From Ostrea edulis (lineage: Eukaryota), in NCBI RefSeq assembly GCF_947568905.1, contig NC_079170.1:71920001-71984000 (forward strand): a DNA stretch of 64,000 nucleotides, read 5' to 3'. The notes under the pieces are model-generated. The model saw nothing but the letters and a program-made list of their open reading frames with translations, was not told the origin of the DNA and made no database searches. Position numbers and translations under genes: made by a program. Positions 1 to 13,800 of this stretch are shown one piece after another (the first letter of the stretch is position 1; each line of letters opens with the position of its first letter).

Positions 1-91
1 TCAATACAATTCATAAAAAATTTAAAACTATTTCAAGTGCATTCAAAACATGCATTTATGTGTATTGATTTATGCCTCACATCAATTGCAG

Positions 92-470
92 GCCTTGAGC
101 AAACACCAGGACACCTTTCGCAAGCAGCAGAAGTCTGGTATTCACCATGAAGATACCTTTCTACAAGAAGCTGCCAATCGGGAAGAAAGTTACAAGTCCA
201 CCCTTTTGGAATATGAGACGGAACTCAAAACCTGCAAGCAGGCCATCGAGCGCTTTTCCTCAGAGAATGAGCGCTTGAATGCAGCCCTGCATGAGTGTCA
301 ACAGCACAATGACAGCTTGGAGGACCAGCGTAGGCAGATCAAGAACGAGATCCGTGAATACAAAATTCGGGAGAATCGGAACTTGGCAGACTATGCTGAA
401 CTGGAAGATGAGAATATTATACTTCAGAAACAAGTGTCTCAGCTGAAGCAGAGCCAAGTGGAGTTTGAGG
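92..470 (+). CDS. BicD: BicD internal exon (ALSKHQDTFRK...QVEFE)
   Basis: AG at 90-91, GT at 471; matches the BicD N-terminal coil motif YAELEDENIILQKQVSQLKQSQVEFEG. Confidence 0.9.
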
Positions 471-2785
471 GTATGAAGGCATAGGGCGGTAATGATTAAA
501 TTCAGCCTTATTTACAGTTGTACTTCGGTATCTGGAACACCGATATTTCGAATACCATGGATATGTTGAAGTAATTCGGAAGTCCCAACCACTTATGCTT
601 TAAGTATTTTACCCTCGATATCTCGAATCTACAGAGATTTCAAAGTGTATTCTCTGTCCCATCGAGTTTGAGATAACGAGGTTTGACTGTATATGATATT
701 GAAATGGAGAATATTTATATACCGTATAATGGGAAAGAATCCAGAAATAAGCATAGAAAAATCTACTCAAGTAGTAGTATGATAAAAATATCACAAAGCC
801 GATTGAGTATACACAACTAGTCTCTTTAATTCTTCAGGAGTATAATGAATATTGCTCAGTTACAAATGCACAGTGATTTGGACAGCTGTAGTGAAAGTGT
901 TGTTTAATTATTGAAGTTTGTGGAATGTAGTCAATCTCTCTACTTTTCAGGCATGAAGCATGAAGTGAAGAGACTCCAGGAGGAGACCGATGACCTGAAT
1001 GTTCAGTTAGATGATGCTGTTAATCTAAAAAAAATCGTGGACAAGAATTATGAGGAGGCGATAACAGCACTTCAACATGAGCGTGAGCAGAAGCATGCAC
1101 TGAAGAAGGAACTGGACACCCGATTGAATCAGGAGTCCATGTTTAATCTTAGTAACTTGGCTCAGCTGGGAGGTTTGACTGATGGATTGCCCCGCTCAAT
1201 GAACCACGACAACGGGGTCGCTACGGAGGAGGACGATAGCGAGAATCCCGCCCTGCGACGGATTGAGGCAGACTTCAAGAAGGAGGATACGAAGTCGCCT
1301 GTAAAACCAGGACCAGGGAAAGTTAATGATATACTGAGTGAGATTCAGGAGAACGAAGTGAAGAAACTCGAACAGTTACTGGAGCAGAGTGAATCGGAGA
1401 AAACTGAGCTTCAGAACGCTCTCGAGGAGGCTCAGAAACTCATAGAGGACACTCAGCGAGACCTCATTGAACAAAAAAGCAAGGCTGATCAACTCAAGGC
1501 TCAGATCTCGTCTGTCATGAACTTCCCAGAATCTCCAGGGGTCAATAATTCCTTAGATGAACTCATTGCCAAGGAGACTGACCCAGAAAAGAAAGCCTTG
1601 TTGGAGATGAAGAAGAACTTGTTTTCTAATGAGCAGAAATACTCAACAGCTTTATCTGAAATTAGCCACTTGCAGAGCGAGATCAGTAAACTGCAAGAGA
1701 AAGGACACAGTGGTTCCAAGCAAGGAAATAAGGAGTTTGATGATGCAATTGATGATTTGAGGAGCAAATGTAACCAATATGAAGAGTTGGTCAAAGACTT
1801 GGAGAAAGATCTAAAGACCATGACTCTGGCTGCTGGAGAAGCACAGGGTAGCTTGACCACAACACAGGACGAGTTGGTCAGGGTCACAGAGGAGCTTGCA
1901 CAGCTTTATCATCTTGTGTGTGAAGTCACAGGAGAAACGCCTAGTAGGGTTATGTTGGACCATGCCAAGGCATCATCACAACTCTCACGGCAAGAGAATG
2001 GTGAGGAAAAAGCAGATGATAAAGATGAAAAATCTGACGTGTCTTCACCAAAGACCAAACCTAAAAAATCAAAATCCAAAAAAGACATTTCTAGCAATGA
2101 GATTAAGGGTGATCCCATCTCTTGCTATAAACTCTCGGAGACAATCATTGATCAAGTAAAATATCTCAGGCGAGCTGTGGAACATCTCATGGAGGTATCT
2201 CGGCAACGCGGAGATGACTCAGAAAGTTCCGATGTACTGGAATTACAGGAACAAATTGTGAAACTCAAAGCTATGTTGTCAACCAAGAGAGAACAAATAG
2301 CCACACTCAGGAGTGTGCTGAAAGCCAACAAATCAACAGCAGAAATCGCTTTAGCTAATCTCAAACAGAAATATGAAAACGAGAAAGTCATTGTGACCGA
2401 GACAATGATGAAACTCAGAAATGAATTAAAAGCACTCAAAGAAGATGCTGCAACATTCGCCTCATTGAGAGCCATTTTTGCCCAGAGGTGTGACGAGTAC
2501 GTAACTCAGCTCGATGAACAGCAGCGACAACTAATCAGCGCGGAGGAAGAAAAGAAAACCCTGAACTCGCTCCTGCGAATGGCAATCCAACAAAAACTGA
2601 CACTGACTCAGAGACTTGAGGATCTGGAGTTTGACCGGGAGAGGCGGAGTCTTCGTCGACAAGATGGGGGTGGAAGGGGGCGGAGTAAGGCGACTTCCAA
2701 AGTAAGTCACTCCCACAACTCTTATCCTGACGAGCGGCACGGGGGCGTGAGGTCTTATCACCATAACTACAGGCGTGACTATTAG
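92..2785 (+). CDS. BicD: Bicaudal D (dynein cargo adaptor), 3' part; exons 92-470 and 951-2785; 5' exons lie outside the window
   Basis: Coiled-coil ORFs; C-terminal KREQIATLRSVLKANKSTAEIALANLKQKYENEK...EDAATFASLRAIFAQRCDEYVTQLDE...LLRMAIQQKL is the conserved BicD cargo-binding coil. Acceptor ttgcag|92, donor 470|gtatga and acceptor ttttcag|951 join in phase (EFE-G-MKHEVKRL). Confidence 0.96.
513..691. mobile_element. Tc1/mariner-type MITE (TA-CAGT...ACTG-TA)
   Basis: Imperfect TIR tacagttgtacttcggtatct vs tacagtcaaacctcgttatct; a second copy of the family is at 45723-45904. Confidence 0.75.
951..2785 (+). CDS. BicD: BicD large exon to stop TAG (2783-2785); internal donor at 2702 allows an alternative C-terminus
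   Basis: Open frame, BicD CC2/CC3 motifs; tacttttcag acceptor at 941-950. Confidence 0.92.
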
Positions 2786-5563
2786 TCGCCTGTCTGCGGT
2801 GAGTTTGTTAAGTCACCATGAGTGCTTAGGAATGCCTGGCAACCATTCTCTTCACATATCCCATCTTTTATATTATCTTTGGTAAAGAATGCATTTAAAA
2901 ATGTACTTTTTCTCTTAAAGTACAGGTACTTGTATTTATATAACCTTCATCTTTTAGGTGCATGATTGCTTTATATGATCATTATATATTGATTCGGAAT
3001 ATAATGTATGTATAAAAACAATTTGGTTTGCAATGTTCTTTAGAATGATTTTGACTGTATATAAGTCTGGGAAGTGCTTTTCCTTTTTACCCTCAAACTG
3101 CATAATTTTATTTAATGAAATTAATATGAATTGTAATTTTACCAAACTGATTGTTCAGCTTTCAAAATTATATACCTGATGGAAAAATGAACTTGAGGAA
3201 ATGGTTGCCAGTGACAACACTATCTCTATCCTACCGCTTACTCCCATACTGCTAGAGGTGAAGGTCGGGTCACGGGTTTGTATCGTAACCATGGTAACAG
3301 CACTTGTAGGTCTTTGTTGAGCTAATGATGGGTAATTATACTTATCACTAATTTATACAGTACTGTAAATGCAAGATACATGTAAGTTATAATGTCAGAG
3401 TTTGCATATTATCTCTTTAAGATTTCTTCTTTCAAAGTGACATGCTTCAAAATGGAGGGAAAGTACCTGTATATGTAACTAGTTTGTCAAATTTTGATTT
3501 CACTTTTAAAATTTGCAGTTACTTTTACTTTAAACTTTAGTAAATGCTTTAGATTTTCTGAACAGTAATTTAGCCTTATACCTTTTAAAGGCAATCTTGT
3601 AGTTTTTTGTTTGTCCTATTTCCCAACAGATCAATCTCCACCAGACATGCACATGATCTAATTTAGCTGCAATAATGCAGCCCTCCCCAACTTTTTTTTT
3701 AATTGGACTTTGCATTAAGGGAGATAACTTCATTAAGTAAAATGATGAACTTGTACCCATGCACAGATTCATTGATTCTATGATTTGGACACATATCAAA
3801 AGTGAAATTCTAATAATTTGATTTATAGATCAGAAATTTAGTTTAAACTTCATCTGTGTATCATTTGATATACCTCTTTCTGTATGGTATTAATTGTATA
3901 TTTCTGACAATGTGCATGTTGTGGTTTTAAGGTTTTTAACACAGAAGTAGCGGATAAAAACGTAGATTTCAATTAATAGATGTGTATTAGGTCTTCCATG
4001 TCGACACTGTCTAGTAATCAATTGTAGACCTGTTTCTCTTTTCCACCTTGTGCGGGAAGTAGCAGTACGTATAATGTGTAATTATCTTCGTCTTCTCATT
4101 TGATCAATTTAAGATAAAATTTTTGTGTAATAGACTATATTTACATTTGCAAATCATGTCTATTTTGTAAAATTATCCCAGAAATGCTGTGTCGGGTCTA
4201 GGATGAAAAACCGACTCGTCATGCTATGCAAGTTGCTGTAATTTTGGTGCACTGCGTTAATGTGATGCAATGTAATACGTCAGTTTTGAGATATAAACTT
4301 TTCGGTGTTGGAGGTGCATTTAATATCTTGAGCATTTAAATTTACAGGCAGTGAGGAAGACATTAAAAATTATGAAAAGTGGCTTCTGTTTATAATATAA
4401 CTGTAGGAAAAAGACTTTAAAGAAATGCGATACGGAAAGAAAACACACAAACCATTGCCATGATGTAAGAGGAGAAAATTTAGTGCAGTCATATTTTAGT
4501 GCAATATAGCTCTTCCAGACAAATTTACACTTATATTTCCTATATATCATTTGATGCATGTTATTGTAAGTACTGAGATTAAAATGTGTGATCCACCCCG
4601 CATGATGATATTCAAAACTACATCTGAAAGTTGAGGCTTAACGGGGACATCATGTCTATCAAATGCGCTGTATTGATGTTCCACATAAACAAAACCAACT
4701 TTACAATGAGAATATGATAATAATTATTGAAAAAAAAAACCCTGCTGAATCAATTCTTAGACATGGCTTGGATATTCAAAGTGCAGTTCTGTGAAATTTT
4801 TACTTGACAATTTTGCAGTGGTTAAGTCAATTTGAAAATATATACTGAGAATCCAAATTACAGTGAAAAATCATGGAATTCCTAAAACCATGGTCATAAA
4901 TGTGGAGGAAAGGGATCCATATTTTGAGGAAGTGTTAAAATTTATAAACAAAGTATACAGAAATTGCTGTTTCATTTTTAATGTGCCTTGTGAGTGGCTG
5001 ATGTCGTGATCGTTTGTTTCATTGACTGTATAAACAATAAATCTGTTATTATAGTTGTATAAATATGTATATAATTTATATAAACCATTCAGGGTTTTTT
5101 TTCAATGAAAATCAATGTTCTAAAATGCATCTAATGCTCACTCATAGAATGCAGAAAATAACAAAGTAAGAACACATGAACAAAAACATTGAAAGGAGTA
5201 CGATCAAATGTGACTCAGTGACGCACCATTGTAAATAGTTTACGCAAAAGTGACAATCCTTGTGTGAAAAATTTCGTACTGAACAAGGACATTTTTTAAA
5301 ATTTAGCACAGAAGAAGCATGTGTTCTAAATGAGCTGAAATAAATTGTGTGCCAAATTTTTTTGTTTTATAGCATTTGCAAGCTGTATCTTAGTTATGGT
5401 GCCTATAAGCAATAAATTAATGTGATGTGGTAGACAGTTTATTAACTCCCAGAATACTGATTTCTTTGTGTACTGTGGATTTCTGATTTTACGTTCCTGC
5501 GTACTTAAGATCGTGAAATGATCGTAAACATCAACATGAATTTGGTCTGTTGATTGAGAGTTT

Positions 5564-5980
5564 TTATATGAATTTTAGTGATACATGAGGGCTGTTTATA
5601 TGAAATTTTAGTGATACGCGAAGGCTGATTATATGAATTTTAGTGATACGCGAGGGCTGATTATATGAATTTTAGTGATACGCGAAGGCTGATTATATGA
5701 ATTTTAGTGAGACACGAGGGCTGATTATATGAATTTTAGTGAGACACGAGGGCTGATTATATGAATTTTAGTGAGACACGAGGGCTGATTATATGAATTT
5801 TAGTGAGACACGAGGACTGATTATATGAATTTTAGTGAGACACGAGGGCTGATTATATGAATTTTAGTGAGACACGAGGGCTGATTATATGAATTTTAGT
5901 GATACACGAGGACTGATTATATGAATTTTAGTGAGACACGAGGGCTGATTATATGAATTTTAGTGAGACACGAGGGCTGA
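5564..5980. repeat. 32-bp minisatellite, about 13 copies
   Basis: Unit gattatatgaattttagtgagacacgagggct. Confidence 0.95.
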
Positions 5981-8900
5981 TCCAAATGTTTGTGGGATAT
6001 TGTTCTATAACATTTTTATTTTTCAATAGAAATAATTCAAAATAATACTGATAATATTTAACCTTTGAATTTATGTACAAAATGTTTAACTCCAGAGAGT
6101 ACTGCTTTGACAGTTGCCATAGAAATAGGTGTTGTGAAATGTGGGGAGACTTTATATTTGTTCGTAATATATTATTATTCTTGTAGCCATTTATGAAAAA
6201 AAAAAGTGCAAAATGTAATATGAAATCAAAATGATGTCATGATATCAATTGTTGGAACTATCGAAAAACATTGAGTACATACAAGTTCCTTTGATTTTAC
6301 TGATGATTCAAATATTTGTGATTCATAATTTATCATAACTTCATTACAAAATGTTGAAAATCAATCAATTATTAAATTTTGTAAAATTCTTGGGAACATC
6401 CTGAGATCATAACTTGATGACAGAGGCAAGACGAATATGTAATAAGCAACTCATGTTCATGTGACACGAAATTGTAATAGCACCTCGTGTTCACGTGACA
6501 TGAGAGATTTAAGGAGGGAAGAACTTTAGCTGAAGATGATAAAAGTTTTGGCTGGTCAGTGGAGGGCCGACCTTCACTCGCTGAAATAATGAGGATGTTC
6601 TCAATGACTGGACATCTGAGGCACTGTGTAGGAGATTGTATACAGAAATCAGGAGCCCATATCAAATGGTGGGGCACATTTTGAAATTTGATCTGAATAT
6701 TAAAAAAATTAATGCAATATTAGTGCCTAGACTCCTTTCTGAGGCAAAAATGGAGATGAGGTTCCAATGTGCTAGTGAGCTGCCGAATGTGACGTGCCAT
6801 TAATTTAACACAACGTATACGTCGTAGATCCCCCACGTACTTTGCAATATATTTTCAAACTGCTTGCCTGACTTTCAATGTTATTAAAATGTTTAGAATT
6901 TTTTTTAGCCGTGTTAGATAAAGTCTCTAGTTTATAAATATGTGTTTTATGTTGTCACGTATTCACAATAAAATTCTAGGGGGAAAGTCCACAAACATTT
7001 GGATCACCCTCGTAAAAGTAAAAACAAGCAATTTTATTTTGTGTGTGGGGGGGGGGGGGGGGGGGGGGGATAGTTTCCTTGCTTATATTTATGAATCTAC
7101 AGTATCAACTGACATGAGGTGAATAAACTGCACAGAAGAAATTGCATACATTAACACATGTCGTGATGGGCACTTTTTTCACCTCTCGTTTACAAGAATT
7201 CTTTTATCACAGGCACAAGAGTCCATTTAAGGGATATAAAATGGATGCATCTCAAAACTTGCGTATTGTAACGTCACAATCGGGCAACAACACGATTAAA
7301 CTAAATTTTTTAGTTGCTGTCCTTTTAAAACCTGAGACATTGTTCCATATCCACCACAAATGTAAATATAAGTAATAAGATATTATTTCTTTAAGTTCAT
7401 TAGGATGTGAAATGCGGTTGGTCACATGATCAAATCTTTGGGTGTTATCATGGATAAATGATCATGTAACCCACTGCATTTCATTTCCCAATGAATTAAG
7501 TTGAATAATGTCTTATTAAATATTTTGTTTACAGAAGCCTACTGCATGTTAATTACTGAACATGGTATTATGTAATTAATGTTTGTTAAAGTGCAGTACT
7601 TGTATATGTATATTCAATTTCTTTCTAGTATATTTATACAAGGAATTATTTCTGCAAAAAGGGTCATTTTTATGCGTAATATATATTTATAATCATTTTT
7701 AAGCACTAATACAAGAAACTTTTATGTAATGATATTAATATGATGAATATTTATAAAATCAAATAATAATTTGATACGAATTTAAATTATATATTAAAAA
7801 TAATTTGCTACAAGACAGAAATGTATACCCCAGAATCTTTATTCAGAGTATTTTCCTTATAGTTGCTTTGTGTCAAATCAATGCACTCAGTTTCTGATTC
7901 AGTTCAAAATTTTGTTGTTTCTGCAATGTGTGAAGTGATGTGATTGCTAGAGTCTGGAGTAAACAGAGAGCATGCAATGGTATCAAAAACAAATTGATGG
8001 AAAACTATATATCTTGCCTTGAAAGTAGCCTTTTATATATATATATGTGTACCCTTGCCATGATTCAAGTAATAAGACAATGAGGAGTATAGTCTATGTA
8101 AACATCACCTATCTATTAATCATGTTTAAATTATTATCTTTTTTTAAAATTATTAATCTTCATCGTTTAGAGCAAAGTGATGATGAAAATTTCTTCAAAA
8201 GATTTGAAAAAGAAACTTTTCTGTATAACTGTTTGTTGAGGTGAATATTTGATTAGTTGATTTTATACATGTAGTCTGATGGGAAGAATTGATCTATTTT
8301 TAGTGTTAACTTGAATCCTCAAGGGAAGGAACTGCGATTACCTGAGAGACGACAAAATCAGAACAAGTCAGCCGACACCAGACGCAGGGGGTTGTCACAC
8401 ACCCCCAGGCCTTCAAACCTACCTTAAAAGAAGATTTCCTCAAATTCTGGTGCAGAGAGAGGGAGATAGAGCATAAAACTTAAAACAAACATTTCAAAGA
8501 CTACAAAATATTTCTGTGATAATGTCTGGTAGTCAGAATTGCTTTTTACATGTGAATCATCGTGGGGAAAAACAACAACAACTTTTTCATTTTTTGTATG
8601 TGTCTACAGCTTATTAACAATAGATATAATCTCAGCCTCATGTCATAGGACTTTGTTCTGTACAGACATTTTACTTTTCCTGCCAAAGGTTGGTCACAGA
8701 TTATGGAAGTGGTTATTGGTACATCTGTAAGTGGTTGTACCATGATGTGGTGCTTGTGAGGCGGTGCCAGTCTCCACCCGATACCATTCCATGTACAGAT
8801 ACTTTGTAATCAATGTACACCATTTTGTATTCAGTATTCTATTAATAGTCATTATGTAATGGGTGTTCATATCATATATTAAGTTAATAAGCAATGATGC

Positions 8901-11042
8901 CTCTTGAGGTTATACCAAAATAACCTTTTTTGTGTTCTGCATAAATTGTAAGATTGGTATAGATTTCACGGGTATATATTTTTTTTTTTTTTTTTGTATT
9001 TGTGAAGACACTTTGTTCCTTTATGTTTATAATGTCACAGCTTAATAACCAATTACCGTGATGATATTCAGCGTTAAAATTGAAATGTATTATTTGATTG
9101 TTTCTATTTACCTTGAAAAGGGTTAATTGAATTGTCCAGCGCAAGGCAGCTTGGACAAATTCAAGGTTGTAAAATTTATTAATATAATATTATTTCACTC
9201 CATGTGTAGAACTATTCATAATGTATTTGGCATTTGCTGCATGAACTGATGACTTTGTGTAGATATTTTAACATAATTATCTTCATACCAATGGAATGGA
9301 TTTCTATAACATATTTTAATTTATTTCAAATTAAATTTTATTTATGGTATATTTTAGTTTGCTAGGAGAAAACTAGTGGTAGATGTCTGTGATATTTTTT
9401 TAAAAAATAAAAACAAGACAGATTTCCCTGACTGCCCATGACCTGATTGTTTATGGCTTTAAGTAAAATAGGGCTGTGATAGTGTATCCATTTCTATTTA
9501 ATATAGCAGAAAGTTTAAATCTAAAGCAGATTTCGAATTTCTTGCCCAGATACAAAATATGTCTTAAAATTTTTGTTATTACAAACAATTCTAAATAAAA
9601 TGCTTTGGACTGAAAAATAAGAATTTAGACTTTCAACTGACCTCAATTCTTTTTTAAAAATCTTAAGTTGCGATTATTTGTTTTAGTACTCCTGTACTTG
9701 GATATTTTAAGCGGTGACATGAAGAACTGCTGTATTCCATGTTTTAAAAAAATGCACTGAATTTGATATGCATAAATGTAGTCTTCTATTTCAGATTAAT
9801 TGTAGTTCTAATCTTTAGAAAGATTTAATCATGTATCTTGTAAGATTGTTATGGGCCTGATGATGTGTTTTGTTAAAGATCTGCAATAAAATATCAGTAT
9901 CAATTTGTGCTATTATTTCAAAGGGTTGGAAGAAGCTCTGCAAAACTGAATTCACAATGCACAGAAATCAAAATATGTCTGCAATTACTGATTGTGTATG
10001 TGTTTGTTTTTTTGTTTTTTTTTTGGCTTACTTAAAATTTAGAGCTTGTGCACTATTTTGTGAATTAATATTTCGGCTTTATATGATAATGGATAGCCAG
10101 AGAATTAACTGTAAAATAGCTCTCTTAGTTCGTTGTCTAAGATGCCAGAGTACGATTTCTTCTCAAAGAAGTACATATACTGGAGTTCAAGGATGAAATG
10201 GGTCACAATGACCTTATTTCAAGCTGGTGTGGGCCATAAAGCAAAGTCTCACAAATCATATCTTGCACACTGTAGACCTTTGGTCGCATCATTTGTAGGT
10301 TGTGATGACCTAATTTTGGAATTCACAGTGTCGATTTTGGTGTCAGGATCCGATTGATCTATTTGTAGCTTCAGCAGAGTTATGTCCCCTTTATTCTGAA
10401 AACTTCATGTGATTGCTCCTTCGCCAAATGCTCAGTATTGCAGATCTTTCGGATATAAACCGAGGTTGTGGCAGGCGTTGGCATGTTAAAGAACCGTAGC
10501 GGCCCTAAGTGCTACAGCTGGTGACGTCTTGAGACGAGTGAAAAATTCTCGATGCAACGTAAAACAAATATAATCAAGAAATTACAGAGCCCGTACAACC
10601 ATCAAGAAGATTCAGACAACAAATGAAGTTTTCATTCTATATCGGCAATTTCCCAGGATCTACAACATCTGCTGTTACAATGAACACTCTCAATCATATT
10701 TCAAAGGAAAACAAACAGTTATGAAAATCTTTTATTCCTAATAAATTTTGTTCTAGAAGAGCAGTATGGGTAAATGTATGATCAACACTGTGGCCAAGGA
10801 ATCTCAAGTCTGCATTACAATGGCAACCTATAGTGTAGGAATTTTGTCTCAAAACACAACATTTACTCCATTATGTATTTCACAATTTAACTTGTCGTGA
10901 ATCTTTCTATAAAGTTTATCAAAGAATAAAATGCTCTATATATTTCAGGATTTAGCTTGGCGTGTATCTTTGGAAAGAATGAAATGTCTAATGAAACGCT
11001 ACAGGTTTATATTATAGTGACAAAATGTGTGTAAATGTTCTT

Positions 11043-11285
11043 AATAAGTTTTGTGGAGAGGCCCTGGTATTGTGAATACTTTGATATAAGTTTTGTGGAG
11101 AGGCCCCGGTATTGTGAATACTTTGAAATGATATAAGTTTTGTGGAGAGGCCCCGGTATTGTGAATACTTTGATATAAGTTTTGTGGAGAGGCCCCGGTA
11201 TTGTGAATACTTTGATATGTTGTAAGTTTTGTGGAGAGGCCCCGGTATTGTGAATACTTTGATATGCTATACGTTTTGTGGAGAG
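11043..11285. repeat. ~42-bp minisatellite, about 6 copies
   Basis: Unit ataagttttgtggagaggccccggtattgtgaatactttgat. Confidence 0.9.
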
Positions 11286-11738
11286 GCTGTGGTGCGTGTA
11301 AAAATAAAATGACCGCCAGACTTCCCTGACCACAGTGTTGATGCATTTCATAAAAATGTACACATGTTAAAACTTCTAAATTTTTTACTACACTAAGTGG
11401 CACACAATTGTATTAAATACACTTCATAATAAATGTATTGCAAATCATTTTCTTTTTAAAACTAGGTGGTACATGATTGTATAAAACTCCAAAATACAAA
11501 TCACTACAGACAACAGTAGAAACACTGCACCTAGAAAATTATGTACTACATAAAAATTTAACCGGAACACATGAACTTTACCGGGCACAGTAAGCTTGCC
11601 TTCAATGATGAAATGCTTGGTGACTTGATACATAAAAGTAACTTTGGTGGCAAACTAAGGCTGTATTTGAAAAAATGCATGGTAATTTAAGGAAACATTT
11701 ATCTTGGGTCATACTGGGGATTATTTTTATTCGCCCGT

Positions 11739-11885
11739 CTAAGACTGGACACATGGCAATCTAATTGGGACAGTCTAAGACTGGACACATGGCAATCTAA
11801 TTGGGACAGTCTAAGACTGGACACATGGCAATCTAATTGGGACAGTCTAAGACTGGACACATGGCAATCTAATTGGGACACATGG
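11739..11885. repeat. 36-bp tandem repeat, about 4 copies
   Basis: Unit ctaagactggacacatggcaatctaattgggacagt. Confidence 0.9.
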
Positions 11886-13289
11886 TATGGTATGGTGTTT
11901 GTGTATGTCCATCTATCCATTAGTATTTTCATGTCATAAAATACTAAGAGACCTACGATCATCAAACTCTGTCAACTGATGTATTATGGGTAAAAAAAAA
12001 GGGCAGGTAGCACATGAAAAGGTCATGACACTGTGACCTGTAATAAAGATAGGGCAAAACCCAGTCCAACTGAACAATTATTTGGCCTAGAATCATCACA
12101 CTTGGTCAGTTAGTGCATCATGGGTAGCAGGTGTGTCACACCCTACATCAAGGTCACTGTGACCTTTAAAAAGATGATATGGTCGTGTGTTATATTAAAT
12201 CCTTTTTGGGTTCGTGCAGAAGATTTGAGTCTTAGAATCAACAAACTGTTAGAAATGGCAATTATTGAAAAAAATGTTGTAAGCTCGTAATGCTTTAACC
12301 CTATTAAAAAATGAATACATCAAGAAATACTTTTATGTTAAGTTTGTGAGTAAAATGTCCGGAGTTTACACATAGATAAATTTTTCAAAAAGAATGTTTG
12401 ATTCTTATAATTCCAATTCATTCACTTTAATAACAATTGCAAAAATTTGAATAGTTTCCCTGCACTATGTTATTTGTTTTCAGGTGTGTTTGAATACATC
12501 GCGTTTTCAGGTTTATTGATGTATAAACTCTTGTTCAGCTTTATTTTTGTCCAATCAAAACAATTGTAATAAATAACATTGGAATTATACCTATATAACA
12601 ATGTAAATAATACTGTTTCTAACTATAATGACAAAGATATACAGTATGTTCTACAAAAATACAAAGGCTTTATAAGCACATCAAACAGATTGAAGAAATT
12701 AATTTGTCCCATGATCTACACAATGGTGTTAATGATCTAAGCAATGGTGTTAATGATCTAAGCCATGGTGTTTCAAGGAGATCATTTGAACATGAAATAA
12801 TAAGAGCCAAATTGCATATAATTAAAGATGAATTAATGAGTATAATGTAAGAAGACTGCAGATGATTTATCACTCCATTAGTTATGGGGCGTTTCTTAGT
12901 GCAGCATGTGTTAAGTAGTTTATACCATGTGAAAGAAATCCAAACAAATGTAAGAAAATGAAATAATGTTTGGAAAAATCGTTATTTGAACAATTTAAGA
13001 GATAAATTGACACGTCAATTGTTGCACAAAGGTTGACATGATTTAATTTGTTCCACACACACTCAATGAATATTTGATGGGTGTACCATGTGCCGAGGCA
13101 GTGTACTTTATTCTATAACGAACTTTCAAGCACCACAACATTATTAATAAAGCTTCTAACACATATATACATTTCATATTAAGAATTTTTGTGTACAATA
13201 AATAAATTAAATTGCTCACATAAATACAGCAACTCTAAAAACAAATTATTTTTAAAATATCACAAGGGATTTTGCATTGCACATCTAAT

Positions 13290-13800
13290 GACTCTTAAGG
13301 ACCATTTTGACCTCAACCTTGTGCCAAACTGCCCACCCCTGGGATCATGAAATTTACAATTTTGGTAAAAGGCTACCTGCTTCTTCTAATTAAATATTCA
13401 TATAGATTCAATTTAGTTTCAATAGCACGATAAATGTTTTACACAAACACTATAAAGATGTCAAGTTTGGCCCCACACTGGAGTCGGAACCTCTACAACA
13501 GGGATCAGGAAATTTACAATTTTTGGTACTTTACATGACTATGAATTTAGTTTTTCTTACAGATGTGCACTATAGAGAAGTTTGAAAATTGGTCAATTTT
13601 GGCAGTTTTTGCACCGGCCTTGAGGCCCCAGGGGTGCAGAAGTCCTGAAATTTACAATTTATGTTACCCTTGTCCCAAAGATGCCTCATACCAAATTTGA
13701 AAAGAATTGAAAGGGTAGCTATCAAGAAGTTAAAGATATTCAATTGTTAATAAACAGACCATGATGGAAAGCAGACCAATAGCAATAGGTCACGTGAGTG
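13290..13800. mobile_element. Degenerate Helentron-associated (HINE-like) element fragment
   Basis: Shares motifs with 14894-15970 (ggcccca..., catgaaatttacaa, aaatttgaaaaga); boundaries approximate. Confidence 0.5.

Noticed and set aside
260-2764. Antisense ORFs over BicD (and over PARP exons at 26807-27841 and 39411-39847)
   Set aside because: Shadow ORFs of real coding exons, with no independent features.
11007-11965. Repeat-encoded ORFs (KVFTIPGPLHKTY; SQLDCHVSSLRL) and similar ones at 20000-21430, 55881-56264, 58340-58576 and 58865-59101
   Set aside because: Open frames are artefacts of stop-free minisatellite units.
12680-12850. Protein-like plus-strand stretch IKQIEEINLSHDLHNGVNDLSNGVNDL...
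   Set aside because: No start codon or convincing splice sites, a small internal duplication, and no recognisable family.
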